Virus record (IMG/VR): IMGVR_UViG_3300042934_000106
Span: 1 to 57,614 of that record
DNA: 57,614 nt
Reading direction: 5' to 3' (one strand)
Source of the DNA: a virus
Lineage: Duplodnaviria > Caudoviricetes
In this document: positions 1 to 9,068 of the stretch, in pieces
Layout: each line of letters starts with the position of its first letter
Numbering within the stretch: position 1 is the first letter of the stretch
Notes under the pieces: model-generated
What the model saw: only the letters and a program-made list of their open reading frames with translations
What the model was told of the DNA's origin: nothing
Databases searched by the model: none
Position numbers and translations under genes: made by a program

Positions 1-127
1 AGTGGAGATGAGACCAGCCTCCACCATGTCTTCGTAGTCCTGGTGCTCCGGGTCACAGACGATGTGGACGCTCACCGGGACCTGTACCGCGGGGTAGTCC
101 TCCAGATATCGGGAGCTGTAGTTGCTG
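1..127. repeat. Terminal overlap identical to 57488-57614 (circular assembly)
   Basis: Exact 127-bp direct repeat inside the RNR reading frame; length typical of an assembler k-mer overlap. Confidence 0.95.
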
Positions 128-468
128 CCCACCCCCCCACCCTCCGCAAGACGGAGGAGAGTGAAAGTGAAGTGCTCCTCAGGCTTGCTGCTGTCCCAGC
201 CAGCAGCCCAGCAATTGTTCAGCGCAAAGTCGTTGACACCACTGGACTTGAGGTGCCGGCCAGCCGGCAGAACCTTGAAGGACTCGATGAGGTCGATCAG
301 GGCCTCACGCTCACCCTCTTCGATGTACCGCGGCTCAACCAGCTTCAGGTTGCCGTCAACCACGCGACGAACAGTCTCAGGCCACTGTTCCTGTGAGCCG
401 TCAGGCTTGGTCCGGCTGTAGGTCCGATAGTAGACCTGCTTGGAAGTATCGTTCTTGAACTCAGTCAT
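1..468 (-). CDS. nrdJ: Class II (B12-dependent) ribonucleotide reductase, N-terminal part (continues at 57487 across the junction)
   Basis: ATG at 468 after GGAG; [19 protein letters not shown]...PAGRHL...NNCW...GGGVG; joins in frame to 55892-57614 giving about 687 aa. Confidence 0.9.
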   Translation of the reverse strand, partial: MTEFKNDTSKQVYYRTYSRTKPDGSQEQWPETVRRVVDGNLKLVEPRYIEEGEREALIDLIESFKVLPAGRHLKSSGVNDFALNNCWAAGWDSSKPEEHFTFTLLRLAEGGGVGSNYSSRYLEDYPAVQVPVSVHIVCDPEHQDYEDMVEAGLIST

Positions 469-476
469 GCATTCTC

Positions 477-644
477 CTAAACGTCTTCAACAACAGCCGT
501 GGTAGTCCAGTTGGAGGTGAACTCTCCTCCAGCGTCTCCATGCTCAAGAGCCCAAAGGAGGACTCGTCCCTCATCAGAGTCGAACTCATCCTCAAACACA
601 TCGTCATCGATCTCGACAACCAGAGTGGTCGTGATTCGCTTCAT
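477..644 (-). CDS. Hypothetical protein (55 aa)
   Basis: ATGA overlap with upstream gene; read manually. Confidence 0.6.
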   Translation of the reverse strand: MKRITTTLVVEIDDDVFEDEFDSDEGRVLLWALEHGDAGGEFTSNWTTTAVVEDV

Positions 645-865
645 GCCTTCTCCTTGTTCGTCGGCTGTCGGCTCCCCAGCTCATCCCGTGCAACAGAGAG
701 CATGTGAATCAGGGTGTTCAGGTCATCAAGGCTCAGGTCTTCTCCCAGGTCTGGGCAGTCGTCTATACCAAACTGGAGGTTAACCGCATCAAGGTCACCC
801 CCAAAGGTGACCCGAATGAAGTAGCTACTTCCGTACAGCAGATGGGAAAGCCTAGTCTCGATCAT
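641..865 (-). CDS. Hypothetical protein
   Basis: ORF with 4-bp overlaps in operon. Confidence 0.7.
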   Translation of the reverse strand: MIETRLSHLLYGSSYFIRVTFGGDLDAVNLQFGIDDCPDLGEDLSLDDLNTLIHMLSVARDELGSRQPTNKEKA

Positions 866-1419
866 CGCCCCGTCCGGATGTTTCGGTTCATCAGTGCAGT
901 CAGGCTGTCAATAGCCCTGTAAGCGGCCCTACGCTCCCTCTCAGACTCCGGAGGGATGCCGAAGATGAAGACCTTGTTCACGGCCATCTGATAGCCCTCA
1001 GGAAGCTTCTCAAGAGCCTTGGAGGCGTCTGCTCGGGCAGACACGATGTTGTCCGAGATAACAGCCCTTACAAGGTCATCCTTCTTGCCGATGACCTGAC
1101 CAATGTCCTCGTCCGAGTGGACGAAGGACCGGAGAGCAAGCCGGACTTCGTCCGGGGTGTACCAGTACTGGTCATCCATCAGATCGAAGTGACGACGTTC
1201 CTTGGAAGCAAACCGCTTGCCGGCCACCCAGCACACCTTACGGACGAACACCTCGTCTCCGAGGTGCTCAGCAAGCTTCTTCCGCTCTCGAAGCAGGTGT
1301 TCAAGAATCTCCTGCTTCACATCATCGGCCTCTACACAGGACCACTTCTCAGCAAGCTCGTAAGCGACCTTGCCCGCGATCTCGATGACCGGTTCCCAGT
1401 CAAACTCAGTCTCGGTCAC
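862..1419 (-). CDS. Sigma-70-like transcription factor (putative late activator)
   Basis: EADDVKQEI region-2-like and ALEKLPE region-4-like motifs. Confidence 0.65.
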   Translation of the reverse strand: MTETEFDWEPVIEIAGKVAYELAEKWSCVEADDVKQEILEHLLRERKKLAEHLGDEVFVRKVCWVAGKRFASKERRHFDLMDDQYWYTPDEVRLALRSFVHSDEDIGQVIGKKDDLVRAVISDNIVSARADASKALEKLPEGYQMAVNKVFIFGIPPESERERRAAYRAIDSLTALMNRNIRTGR

Positions 1420-1643
1420 TCGTCCTCCGTGTAAATCTGGTACTCGCCATCGATCACCACAGGTTCAAGCTCCCCATCGTCATCCCGACTCCAGGTCTGA
1501 CCCCAACCCCCACACTGAGCACAGACACCGCCGGGAGCTTCCTCCCACGCCTGTTCAATAATCTCCTCGGGGTCCTCGGAATCTGTCTCTACGGTGACGG
1601 AGATTCCGATGGTCTGGTTGAAGAGCACAGTCTTCTTAGCCAT
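1416..1643 (-). CDS. Hypothetical protein (CxxC)
   Basis: Operonic ORF. Confidence 0.65.
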   Translation of the reverse strand: MAKKTVLFNQTIGISVTVETDSEDPEEIIEQAWEEAPGGVCAQCGGWGQTWSRDDDGELEPVVIDGEYQIYTEDE

Positions 1644-1945
1644 CAGTCCTTCACCGGCTTCCACTCGGTCTTGGTCACCTGAACCTGTTCGACCTCTACA
1701 GCCTTGATCTCCTTCTCGTAGCCCCAGAGATCAGCCTCCTGCATCTCAGTAGCCCCCGTCTCGTAGTACACGAGGTACGCCTTACCGTCGTCAGGGGCCC
1801 TGAAGACGAACTCATAGATGTGAGACCACCGAGTGGTGTCGAACAGCTCGTCATACAGCTCTTCGGCATAGCCGTTCTTGGGATCACACTCGAAGGGAAC
1901 TCCGATGGCCTCAAGCTCGTCACGGGTGAATACGCGAGTCTTCAT
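1643..1945 (-). CDS. Hypothetical protein
   Basis: Operonic ORF, TGATG overlaps. Confidence 0.75.
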   Translation of the reverse strand: MKTRVFTRDELEAIGVPFECDPKNGYAEELYDELFDTTRWSHIYEFVFRAPDDGKAYLVYYETGATEMQEADLWGYEKEIKAVEVEQVQVTKTEWKPVKD

Positions 1946-2133
1946 CAGTCCTCAACCTCCGGGTAGTCCATTCCGTTGAAGTAGTCCCGGAGCTTCACAG
2001 TGAAGTCCCACTCAGCAACCCGCTCTTCGAGCCGCTTCACAAAGTCAAAGAGGACATCCCTATCCAGCTCCTCAAGGTTGTGGACCAGTCCATCCAGGTC
2101 CACCTTCAGTTCAAGCCATACGGACTCGTTCAT
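1945..2133 (-). CDS. Hypothetical protein
   Basis: Operonic ORF MNESVWLEL. Confidence 0.65.
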   Translation of the reverse strand: MNESVWLELKVDLDGLVHNLEELDRDVLFDFVKRLEERVAEWDFTVKLRDYFNGMDYPEVED

Positions 2134-2255
2134 CACTTGCCTGCCTTCTGCTGAGAGAGCCCCTTGAAAGCCAGGAGGAGCCAGAAGAGGGACGCAGCCA
2201 TTGACCCGGCTGCGAAGCCGCAGAATCCAATTACAAGAGCGTCCAGGTAGTTCAT

Positions 2256-2996
2256 CTACTTCTCTCCTCGAACATCGATGCTGCTCATACGCTTTCCGCC
2301 CCGACTCCACTTGCCACAAGAACGGCACTGGTAACGCTGATAAGACCCGAGCTGTGTGTAAGAACGGCCTCGCCTCTCCAGCTCTACCGACCCACAATTG
2401 GGGCAGGAGGGGAACTCGTTTTCGTCGTAGAGGCCATGGGCCGGATGAGAAGCAATCCAGGGAAGCAGCTTGTCGTAGAGCTGCTCAGTGATCACAACGT
2501 CCTGGACGTTGTACTTCTTCATCTCCTCCCAAGCCTGATAGTCACCAGCCATGCACTTCACCCAGAGCTGGTGACCTCCGTTCTGCACCTTGTGGTCCAG
2601 GCCGAGAGCCTTGGTGACGTAGTCGAGCTTGTTGCTCGGGAATCGGAACTGCTTCTTGACGACCTTCAGGAGGTCGATCTGAGCGTAAGGAGAAGGCGGC
2701 CTCAGGCCAGCCTCAACGAACTCCCGGTTGAGATGAGGGATGTCAAACCGCTGACCGTTGTAGTGGATTACAGCGTCAGCCTCGTCCAGGAACTTGTGAG
2801 CAAGATGAACCATCTGGCTCTGACCCACATGGAACTTGCTGAAGAAGTCCACCTCTTCTGAGTCGTACCACTTGGCTGCGAAGCAGATGACCTCTCCGCT
2901 CTCAAGGAGCTGGTTGAGTCCAACGTTCTGCTGCCACAGGCCCCAGACGTGAGCCAGATTGGGGGAAGTCTCAATGTCGATCGTGAGTAGCTTCAA
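2256..2996 (-). CDS. RNase H-like/DnaQ-type 3'-5' exonuclease with C-terminal Zn ribbon
   Basis: DIET, YNGQRFD, YNVQDV motifs; CPNC...CRSC. Confidence 0.85.
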   Translation of the reverse strand: MKLLTIDIETSPNLAHVWGLWQQNVGLNQLLESGEVICFAAKWYDSEEVDFFSKFHVGQSQMVHLAHKFLDEADAVIHYNGQRFDIPHLNREFVEAGLRPPSPYAQIDLLKVVKKQFRFPSNKLDYVTKALGLDHKVQNGGHQLWVKCMAGDYQAWEEMKKYNVQDVVITEQLYDKLLPWIASHPAHGLYDENEFPSCPNCGSVELERRGRSYTQLGSYQRYQCRSCGKWSRGGKRMSSIDVRGEK

Positions 2997-3229
2997 GAGC
3001 CGTCCTCCGAGTCAATGAGGTTGAACTGAATCTGAAGAACCTGACCCGGAGGGATGAAGACGTATCGCGTCTCCTCCATCACCAGGAAGAAGCCGTCCTT
3101 GGTGACGACATCAATGCTTTCTTGGACATCGGAAAGGAAGTCCTCTGCCTCAATCTCTGAGCGGACGATATGGACCTGGTTAGATCCATCAGGGCCTCTG
3201 TAATCAATGATGATCTCTGCCTCAGTCAC
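2993..3229 (-). CDS. Hypothetical protein
   Basis: Operonic ORF. Confidence 0.65.
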   Translation of the reverse strand: MTEAEIIIDYRGPDGSNQVHIVRSEIEAEDFLSDVQESIDVVTKDGFFLVMEETRYVFIPPGQVLQIQFNLIDSEDGS

Positions 3230-3411
3230 TGCTGTACCTCCTTGATGACGAGAGCCTTGCCGGCCGGCAGGGACTCTAGAAGTTCCTCAACAGAGTCCGG
3301 TGCACTGTCGAAATCGAAGTCAAAAACATGACCCCCGTTTTGCATGGGGCTAACGTTCCATTCACAGATGCTCTGGTGAGCATCAACAATCCAGGATTCG
3401 AAGATGCGCAT
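3226..3411 (-). CDS. Hypothetical protein
   Basis: Operonic ORF. Confidence 0.65.
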   Translation of the reverse strand: MRIFESWIVDAHQSICEWNVSPMQNGGHVFDFDFDSAPDSVEELLESLPAGKALVIKEVQQ

Positions 3412-4094
3412 CAGACAGTGCCCCCAAGACGAAGAACCTCACGAGTGACGTACCAGAGAGCCTTCTGAAGGTCTTCAAGCTCCTTCTCGGAGCCACCCTT
3501 CTTTCCCGCGCGACTCAAGTACTTGACCGCGTTACCGCGGTTGAAGTTCAGGTGCTCCGTGATGTCAATGACTTCAGCACCGTTAGACCAGCCATCGGCG
3601 TAGTGCGAGGGGTGATTAATTACGTCTTCCCCCTCATTTCCAGTATGATCGACATTTGGTCGCATGTCAACCTGAGTCATAGAGGAATCTTCGTCAGCCG
3701 GCGGGGCCGACAACATGTCATAGACGAACTCATGCTCCAGCTCATCAGCAAGGTATGGAAGAGGGACTTCCCACTCCTCGTCAGGAAGCTTCACCTTGTA
3801 ATCCCAAGGACTCCTGTCAAATACCTCAACAACCTCTCCTCGGGAACGGAAGAACGTTCGTCCAGGATCAACCACAACCACACGATCCCCGACCTGGAAC
3901 TTCTGGTTCGAATGCATGTCAAGCAACTCCAACTCCTCCCTCATGAAGCGGTATTCGCCGTAGCCTTCCACCAGTACGTTGACGGAAAGAGCCTCGTCTG
4001 TGATGTCCAGAACCTTTCCTTGCTGACCCAAAAAGGTATTCGGCCCACCAAGCTTGTTCTTCACGACCACAACGCGGTCACCAACCTTGAACAT
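3411..4094 (-). CDS. Two KOW/SH3-like repeats fused to a DUF3310 (SaV/T7 gp1.7-like) domain
   Basis: F(K/Q)VGDRVVVV twice; INHPSHY...GNAVKYLSRAGKK...EDLQKALWY. Confidence 0.75.
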   Translation of the reverse strand: MFKVGDRVVVVKNKLGGPNTFLGQQGKVLDITDEALSVNVLVEGYGEYRFMREELELLDMHSNQKFQVGDRVVVVDPGRTFFRSRGEVVEVFDRSPWDYKVKLPDEEWEVPLPYLADELEHEFVYDMLSAPPADEDSSMTQVDMRPNVDHTGNEGEDVINHPSHYADGWSNGAEVIDITEHLNFNRGNAVKYLSRAGKKGGSEKELEDLQKALWYVTREVLRLGGTV

Positions 4095-4486
4095 TAGGCA
4101 GGTACCTCTTCCTTCTCGAAATCGTGACAAGACACCAAGCCAGCAAAGTCCTTGTGGAATACAGCCTGGCCAAAATCCCCAACTCGGACGTGATCTGCTG
4201 GAACGTAGTAGGACCAGACCATAAATCCAAGCTCAGAAAGGAGTTCGGTGTATCCCTCGAACCACCGATAGAGAGCCTCCTTGGAGTCAAACCCACATCG
4301 CTCGTCTTCATAGATGAGACCAAGACGTGCATCTGAAGACGGGGGACGGTGGCTATTGTCTGTGTGAGCCCAAGACATACCGTCCGTTGCGTTGTAAATA
4401 TCGTCCGTCAGCCCGTCACTTATATAGGGACCCGAAGGAAATCCCTTGTACGTCTGGCTTTGGTGTGCCACTCGCCACACTCGCAT
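4094..4486 (-). CDS. Hypothetical phage protein
   Basis: ORF, TAATG overlap. Confidence 0.75.
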   Translation of the reverse strand: MRVWRVAHQSQTYKGFPSGPYISDGLTDDIYNATDGMSWAHTDNSHRPPSSDARLGLIYEDERCGFDSKEALYRWFEGYTELLSELGFMVWSYYVPADHVRVGDFGQAVFHKDFAGLVSCHDFEKEEVPA

Positions 4487-4506
4487 GTGGATTCGCCCTT
4501 TCAGGA

Positions 4507-5205
4507 CTAGTCGATGCCAAGCAGTCGTCGGATAACTCCGTCTCCCTGCTCTCGTCGCAGGGAGTCAGGATCTGAGCCATCAGGAAGAGTCACAGGCACT
4601 CCGTTAGGGAGTCGCTCTGCAAGCTTCTCCGTCATCTTGGCGCCGGCCTCGTCTCCGTCACCGAGGATGAAGACCTTTTCGTAGCCAGCAAAGGCCCTGT
4701 CAAAGTGGTCCTTCCAGGCAGACACCCCCTGTACCGCTACCGCGGGGATGCCGTCCAGCTCCACTGCCCAGGACGAGAACTCGCCCTCAGCAATGGCTAC
4801 GCAAGGACTAGCTGTGATGAGAGCCGCAGTGTTGTAGAGCCGCGGACTGTCGGCAGGAAGGCTCTGATACTTCGAGTGCTTCCCGTGGTCTTCCTTCTGG
4901 TTCTTCAGGAAGTGGTAGACACCATCAACGTCCTTGACGCACTCGTCTCGAACACACCGGAAGCGAACTGTCGAAATGAACTTGGTACCAGCCGGCCGAA
5001 GGTACGGAATGACGAGGTGCTGACGGTACTTCTCATGTCCCGTCTTGACCGAATCTCCGACGTACCCGGGGAGCCATCGAACTGCCCCCTCCCCCAAACC
5101 GCGGGCGACTAGGTAGCTTTCGGCTGGACTTCCCTGATACTGGCTCTGGTACAGCTTCGCTGCTTCCACTGATCCCGGCATCTGCCCAATGGATCGCTTC
5201 GCCAA
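4507..5205 (-). CDS. DNA primase, TOPRIM part
   Basis: AEGEF...GDGDEAG...DPDS. Confidence 0.85.
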   Translation of the reverse strand: MAKRSIGQMPGSVEAAKLYQSQYQGSPAESYLVARGLGEGAVRWLPGYVGDSVKTGHEKYRQHLVIPYLRPAGTKFISTVRFRCVRDECVKDVDGVYHFLKNQKEDHGKHSKYQSLPADSPRLYNTAALITASPCVAIAEGEFSSWAVELDGIPAVAVQGVSAWKDHFDRAFAGYEKVFILGDGDEAGAKMTEKLAERLPNGVPVTLPDGSDPDSLRREQGDGVIRRLLGID

Positions 5206-5506
5206 AGCTCATACCTCCTTCACGAATGAGTACATCGATTGAGTCCTCAGAGACATCGCAGGCGTGACAACACCATCTGTTGGCCTCTGGATTGATGGAG
5301 GCACTGGGACGCTCCTCCACATGGAGCGGGCACAGAATCTTCTTCCAGGGCCCTCCCCAGTCAGGCACCTCTACCTCAGGGTAGAACTCCTCGAAGACTT
5401 CGAGGATGGGTGGTTTAGGAGTAAGGGTTCTCGACTCGGACCAGCGCACGCGAACCGTCCTCAGTCGTCTGGAAGACGTTGACAGGGAAGCTGTACTCAC
5501 GCTCAA
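5033..5506 (-). CDS. DNA primase, Zn-binding (CHC2) part; start uncertain
   Basis: CPLHVEERPS...CHAC; overlaps the TOPRIM ORF. Confidence 0.8.
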   Translation of the reverse strand: MSVSTASLSTSSRRLRTVRVRWSESRTLTPKPPILEVFEEFYPEVEVPDWGGPWKKILCPLHVEERPSASINPEANRWCCHACDVSEDSIDVLIREGGMSFGEAIHWADAGISGSSEAVPEPVSGKSSRKLPSRPRFGGGGSSMAPRVRRRFGQDGT

Positions 5507-5576
5507 GCTGCTTCATGAAGTGAGCGTTACCGGCGTACTCGCGGAAAGAGGAGACGTAGTGGTCAAGCTCGTTCAT
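5415..5576 (-). CDS. Hypothetical protein (53 aa)
   Basis: ATGA overlap with EndoVII stop; read manually. Confidence 0.55.
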   Translation of the reverse strand: MNELDHYVSSFREYAGNAHFMKQLEREYSFPVNVFQTTEDGSRALVRVENPYS

Positions 5577-6001
5577 CGGTCTGTGTCCTTACGATTGTCA
5601 CGATGGATTCGGATTCCGAGGATCTGAAGTGCCGGTGGACGCTCTAGGTAGTCCGCGGCATTGCGAAGGGTGTCGGGCTTATCCCGAGCTGCTGTGAGAA
5701 GCCGGCCGTTGCACATCCGGCAGAGAAGACCCCGCACCTGTCCGGACTTGTGGTCGTGGTCTACAGAGAGACGCTGTCTCCGAGTGCCCCCGCAGATGGC
5801 ACACTTCCCGCCCTGTGCCTCGAAGAGGCGGTCATACTCACCTGGTTCAAGTCCGTATGTGTCCGTGACCCGAGCCTCATGGGACGCCTTGCTGCGTCCC
5901 TTCTTCCGGCAGTCAGCGCAGAGCTTGCCTCGTGGTGTGAAGAAGCGAAGAGCCCTGTTCTTCAGACACCGACTGCACTTCCTAGTCTTAGAGCTTGACA
6001 C
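5573..6001 (-). CDS. Endonuclease VII (Holliday junction resolvase)
   Basis: QGGKCAIC...VDHDH...RGLLC..CN. Confidence 0.9.
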   Translation of the reverse strand: MSSSKTRKCSRCLKNRALRFFTPRGKLCADCRKKGRSKASHEARVTDTYGLEPGEYDRLFEAQGGKCAICGGTRRQRLSVDHDHKSGQVRGLLCRMCNGRLLTAARDKPDTLRNAADYLERPPALQILGIRIHRDNRKDTDR

Positions 6002-6296
6002 GGTCGCAAGTCAACTTACGCTCCAAAAAAAGGAGCCGGGACTCAATGAAGGCCGACTGAAGGCGGCCAAGGAACTCCAGCATGCTCATCTTGACCCGCC
6101 CACGGTTCCCCTGGTCAAGGATCAGGGTCCTGTAGCCACCTGAGAAGAAGTGCATCAGGGTCTTGCCGAGGGTCTCGGTGTTCAGTCGGCGGGGGTTGGT
6201 TATCCGAAGGTGGACCACAGCCTCACCCTTGAAGATGTCCTTCTGGAGACCGAAACCGTTGCTGCGACTTGTGTGCTTCTTGTGTGCGTTGTTCAT
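5988..6296 (-). CDS. Hypothetical protein
   Basis: ATG directly downstream of a motif-linked promoter (possibly leaderless). Confidence 0.6.
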   Translation of the reverse strand: MNNAHKKHTSRSNGFGLQKDIFKGEAVVHLRITNPRRLNTETLGKTLMHFFSGGYRTLILDQGNRGRVKMSMLEFLGRLQSAFIESRLLFLERKLTCDRVKL

Positions 6297-6363
6297 GTGT
6301 TCAGTGTGCTCCTTGTGTTGGTCGCAAGTCAACCATGGGGAGGAGTTGTGAAGGTGATCCACA

Positions 6364-6693
6364 TCACTCCACAACCGGAAGGATGTCCACCTCATCTTCA
6401 GAAACGTGGTCCCCCTCCGGGTACTCCAGTACGTAGTAGGGGTTCTTGGTTCCTCGCCAGGTGAAGGGGCCGGCAACCACCTTGAGAAGCCCATCAACGT
6501 AGCGGGCACGAACCACCTGACCCTCCTTGAACTTGGGCACAGCAGTCAGGTAGCTCTCTCCTCCAGTGAAGTGCTTCCCGTCGTCCTTCCGGACGAGGTA
6601 ACGAGGCTCGTATCCCGAGATGCCCTCAAAGGGGCCATACACGATGACACCCTGGCCCTGGGTGTGCTCAACCTTGTCTCCGGGCTTGAACAT
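6364..6693 (-). CDS. Hypothetical protein, two SH3-like repeats
   Basis: FKPGDKV / FKEGQVV, GPF repeated. Confidence 0.7.
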   Translation of the reverse strand: MFKPGDKVEHTQGQGVIVYGPFEGISGYEPRYLVRKDDGKHFTGGESYLTAVPKFKEGQVVRARYVDGLLKVVAGPFTWRGTKNPYYVLEYPEGDHVSEDEVDILPVVE

Positions 6694-6704
6694 CCCTGTC
6701 TCCC

Positions 6705-7535
6705 TCAGAAGTTGACTGCTGCGTAGTCGTCTGCGTCCTTGAGACGCAGGGTGTTGCTGTCCAGCTCCAGCCGGGCAAAGGTGTTACCCGATGGGTCAAC
6801 AACGCCTTCACGGTTCTTCACAGGACTGACGTTGAGGATGCGGTTCATACCGGCCTCATCAGGGTCCCGATGGATGGTCAGGATCAGTGAAGGGACACGA
6901 CCGATCTTGCCCTTCACACCAGACAGAGGGATGGGCTTTAGCCCATCACTCCACTCCCCCGTTACGTGATGGAGGGCCTGGACGTGAGCCTCAGTGTGTC
7001 GAGCCATCTCGGAGAGGTATTCACACATCCCCTCCAGCCCAAATGTGAAGGACTCCGCGTCACTGGCACCGCCAGTGTCCACGTTGGTGATGTTGTCCAC
7101 GGCAGCCAGATGTGGGTAGCAACCGAAGACCTCGTAATAGACGGCTAGGTCAGCTTCCATGTCTGCCGGCGTCGGCATGGCTTCGTAGTTGAACCTGATC
7201 CACCACTGCTTGGACAGACGCTCCTCGTACTCCTGGAACCGATCCTCCAGGATCGCCTTCTTCACATCCTTCACATTCTCGCCAGTCAGGATGGCCGTGG
7301 ACCTGGAGAGCTGCGTTGCAGCGTTCGAGTCCGCGGACCAGTACAAGACTGGCATGGAGCCATGGAGAGCAAGGTTCAGGGCGAACAGGCTCTTGCCTGT
7401 ACCAGGACCAGCAGCGACAAGGGACAACTCCCCTCGTCGGAACTCGACTTCGAGCTTGCGGAGACTCTCGAACGGCATCTTCAGGGGCTCACCAGACGAG
7501 CCCCGGATACGTGCGGACTGAGCCAGGGAATACAT
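6705..7535 (-). CDS. DnaB/RecA-like replicative helicase
   Basis: Walker A AGPGTGKS, VDNI, LHH, VKNR. Confidence 0.85.
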   Translation of the reverse strand: MYSLAQSARIRGSSGEPLKMPFESLRKLEVEFRRGELSLVAAGPGTGKSLFALNLALHGSMPVLYWSADSNAATQLSRSTAILTGENVKDVKKAILEDRFQEYEERLSKQWWIRFNYEAMPTPADMEADLAVYYEVFGCYPHLAAVDNITNVDTGGASDAESFTFGLEGMCEYLSEMARHTEAHVQALHHVTGEWSDGLKPIPLSGVKGKIGRVPSLILTIHRDPDEAGMNRILNVSPVKNREGVVDPSGNTFARLELDSNTLRLKDADDYAAVNF

Positions 7536-7556
7536 CCATCTCCTTCCAGACATACG

Positions 7557-7590
7557 AAAGGGCCCCGAGATGTAGTCACTCGGGGCCCGC
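7557..7590 (-). terminator. Intrinsic terminator-like hairpin
   Basis: GGGCCCCGAG...CTCGGGGCCC followed by TTT on minus strand. Confidence 0.6.
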
Positions 7591-7606
7591 GGTGTGGGGT
7601 TGTGTA

Positions 7607-7789
7607 CTAAACGGGGTTACACGGAGGGGTCTTGTCTCCCTGAAGGGTGTTCCAGCTCTGGTCGCCAAGAGTCCACTCGGTCCACCACTGTCTTGCATAC
7701 GGATGAGGTCGCTGGTCAGACAGCATGGTGCAATCCTTGCACCTCTTCCTGTGACTGCTGACTTGCTCCCACCGATGCCGCTTAGCCAC
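7607..7789 (-). CDS. Hypothetical protein
   Basis: Operonic ORF. Confidence 0.55.
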   Translation of the reverse strand: MAKRHRWEQVSSHRKRCKDCTMLSDQRPHPYARQWWTEWTLGDQSWNTLQGDKTPPCNPV

Positions 7790-7991
7790 TACTCCCCCTT
7801 GACGTACGATCGATCTTCCGGGCCACAGTCTCAAGGACACTGTTGATCAGCATCTTGTCTGCGTCGATCGGAAGTTCCGTGATCTTCTCAGATCGGATCT
7901 CCTCCGCCAACTCGTGACTGTGCTCGTCAAGCACAATCTGAATCTCGTAAACCGACAGTCCAAGCTCCAAGAGCTTGTCGTGAGCACTCAC
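7782..7991 (-). CDS. Hypothetical protein
   Basis: HELAEEIR motif shared with 10512-10733. Confidence 0.65.
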   Translation of the reverse strand: MSAHDKLLELGLSVYEIQIVLDEHSHELAEEIRSEKITELPIDADKMLINSVLETVARKIDRTSRGSSG

Positions 7992-8154
7992 TTGGACTCC
8001 CTTCGAGCCATCTCCGAGGAGATGCGCAGAGACAGACTGGAATGAGCCTGCTCAAATCCAGGCTCCCACTCATCGGGATTGCTGGACATCAGATCACCCA
8101 GGTTTCCCAGGGCAAAATGCATGACCTCAAGCTCTCGGTCTGTCCACATCACTT

Positions 8155-8685
8155 CTACTCCTCAATGTCCTCTACAGGCGGTAGACCAAGGTGGGCTCTG
8201 ACGAGGCCGGCAGCCGGCCCATCCTCAGTCAACGGATACTTCGGGTCCAACAGATCCTCATGTGTCCTGACCTCGGACACACCCTTCCAAGCCAACTGAT
8301 CAGCCTGGACTTCATCCACCAAGTCCTTTATGGACCCTTCAGCTTCCTCAGGCCACTTGGCCTGTGACAGCCCCTCAGAGAACTTCCTGTTCGCCTCAGG
8401 CATCCCCTTGCAGGCTTCCCGGACCTTCGGGAAGTCAGAAGAGGTTGTCTCTCCAGACTCCAGAAGGGGATTCATGACTTTGGTGCACTTCTCCAGGGCC
8501 TCGTTGAAAGGCTCCACAAGCTTCAGGTACTGCTCTGCTCCTTGCTCCCGCGTGACAGCCGCGGGAGAGACTGAAGCCGAGACAGACGGAGAGGACGAGG
8601 GCTTTGGGTCCGACTGCTCCGAAGAGCAGCCGGCGCCCAGAGCTACCAGACCAACGACCAGGGCGAGAACGCGAGTTGTCTTCAT
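8155..8685 (-). CDS. Lipoprotein
   Basis: Signal peptide with LGAGC lipobox, Ser/Pro linker. Confidence 0.8.
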   Translation of the reverse strand: MKTTRVLALVVGLVALGAGCSSEQSDPKPSSSPSVSASVSPAAVTREQGAEQYLKLVEPFNEALEKCTKVMNPLLESGETTSSDFPKVREACKGMPEANRKFSEGLSQAKWPEEAEGSIKDLVDEVQADQLAWKGVSEVRTHEDLLDPKYPLTEDGPAAGLVRAHLGLPPVEDIEE

Positions 8686-8740
8686 ACCCGGACATTAGCA
8701 CCGAGCCAGACGACCCATCCTCAAGTCACAGGATCGTGAC

Positions 8741-8923
8741 TTACTCGTCCTCGTCTACCTCGTAGAAGTCGTCCACCTGAACAAGGGATGTGGTGAACTC
8801 CCCAGAGTGCTTGTCCCCATAGAGAAGGGCTGCGTTAACCCAACCAGCGGCCTCCATACCGGAATCAACAGGCTCGTCGTCGTAGACGACCATGGTTCCA
8901 GTGAACTCGATACGAGTAGGCAT
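8741..8923 (-). CDS. Hypothetical protein
   Basis: Operonic ORF. Confidence 0.6.
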   Translation of the reverse strand: MPTRIEFTGTMVVYDDEPVDSGMEAAGWVNAALLYGDKHSGEFTTSLVQVDDFYEVDEDE

Positions 8924-9068
8924 CAGCTCGACACCCCCAGTTCCCGAGCGTGTTCGTCCAGCAGCTCTGCTGCGATCTGGTCCAGAGGAACATCCTTGTC
9001 CGGCCACATGTCATCTAGGGTGAAATCCGAAGTGTTCTCCAGGATGCGAAGAAGCTTGTCGTAGACAG

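Noticed and set aside
1-127. Terminal direct repeat as biological genome end
   Set aside because: Exactly 127 bp and inside the RNR reading frame; best explained as assembler overlap
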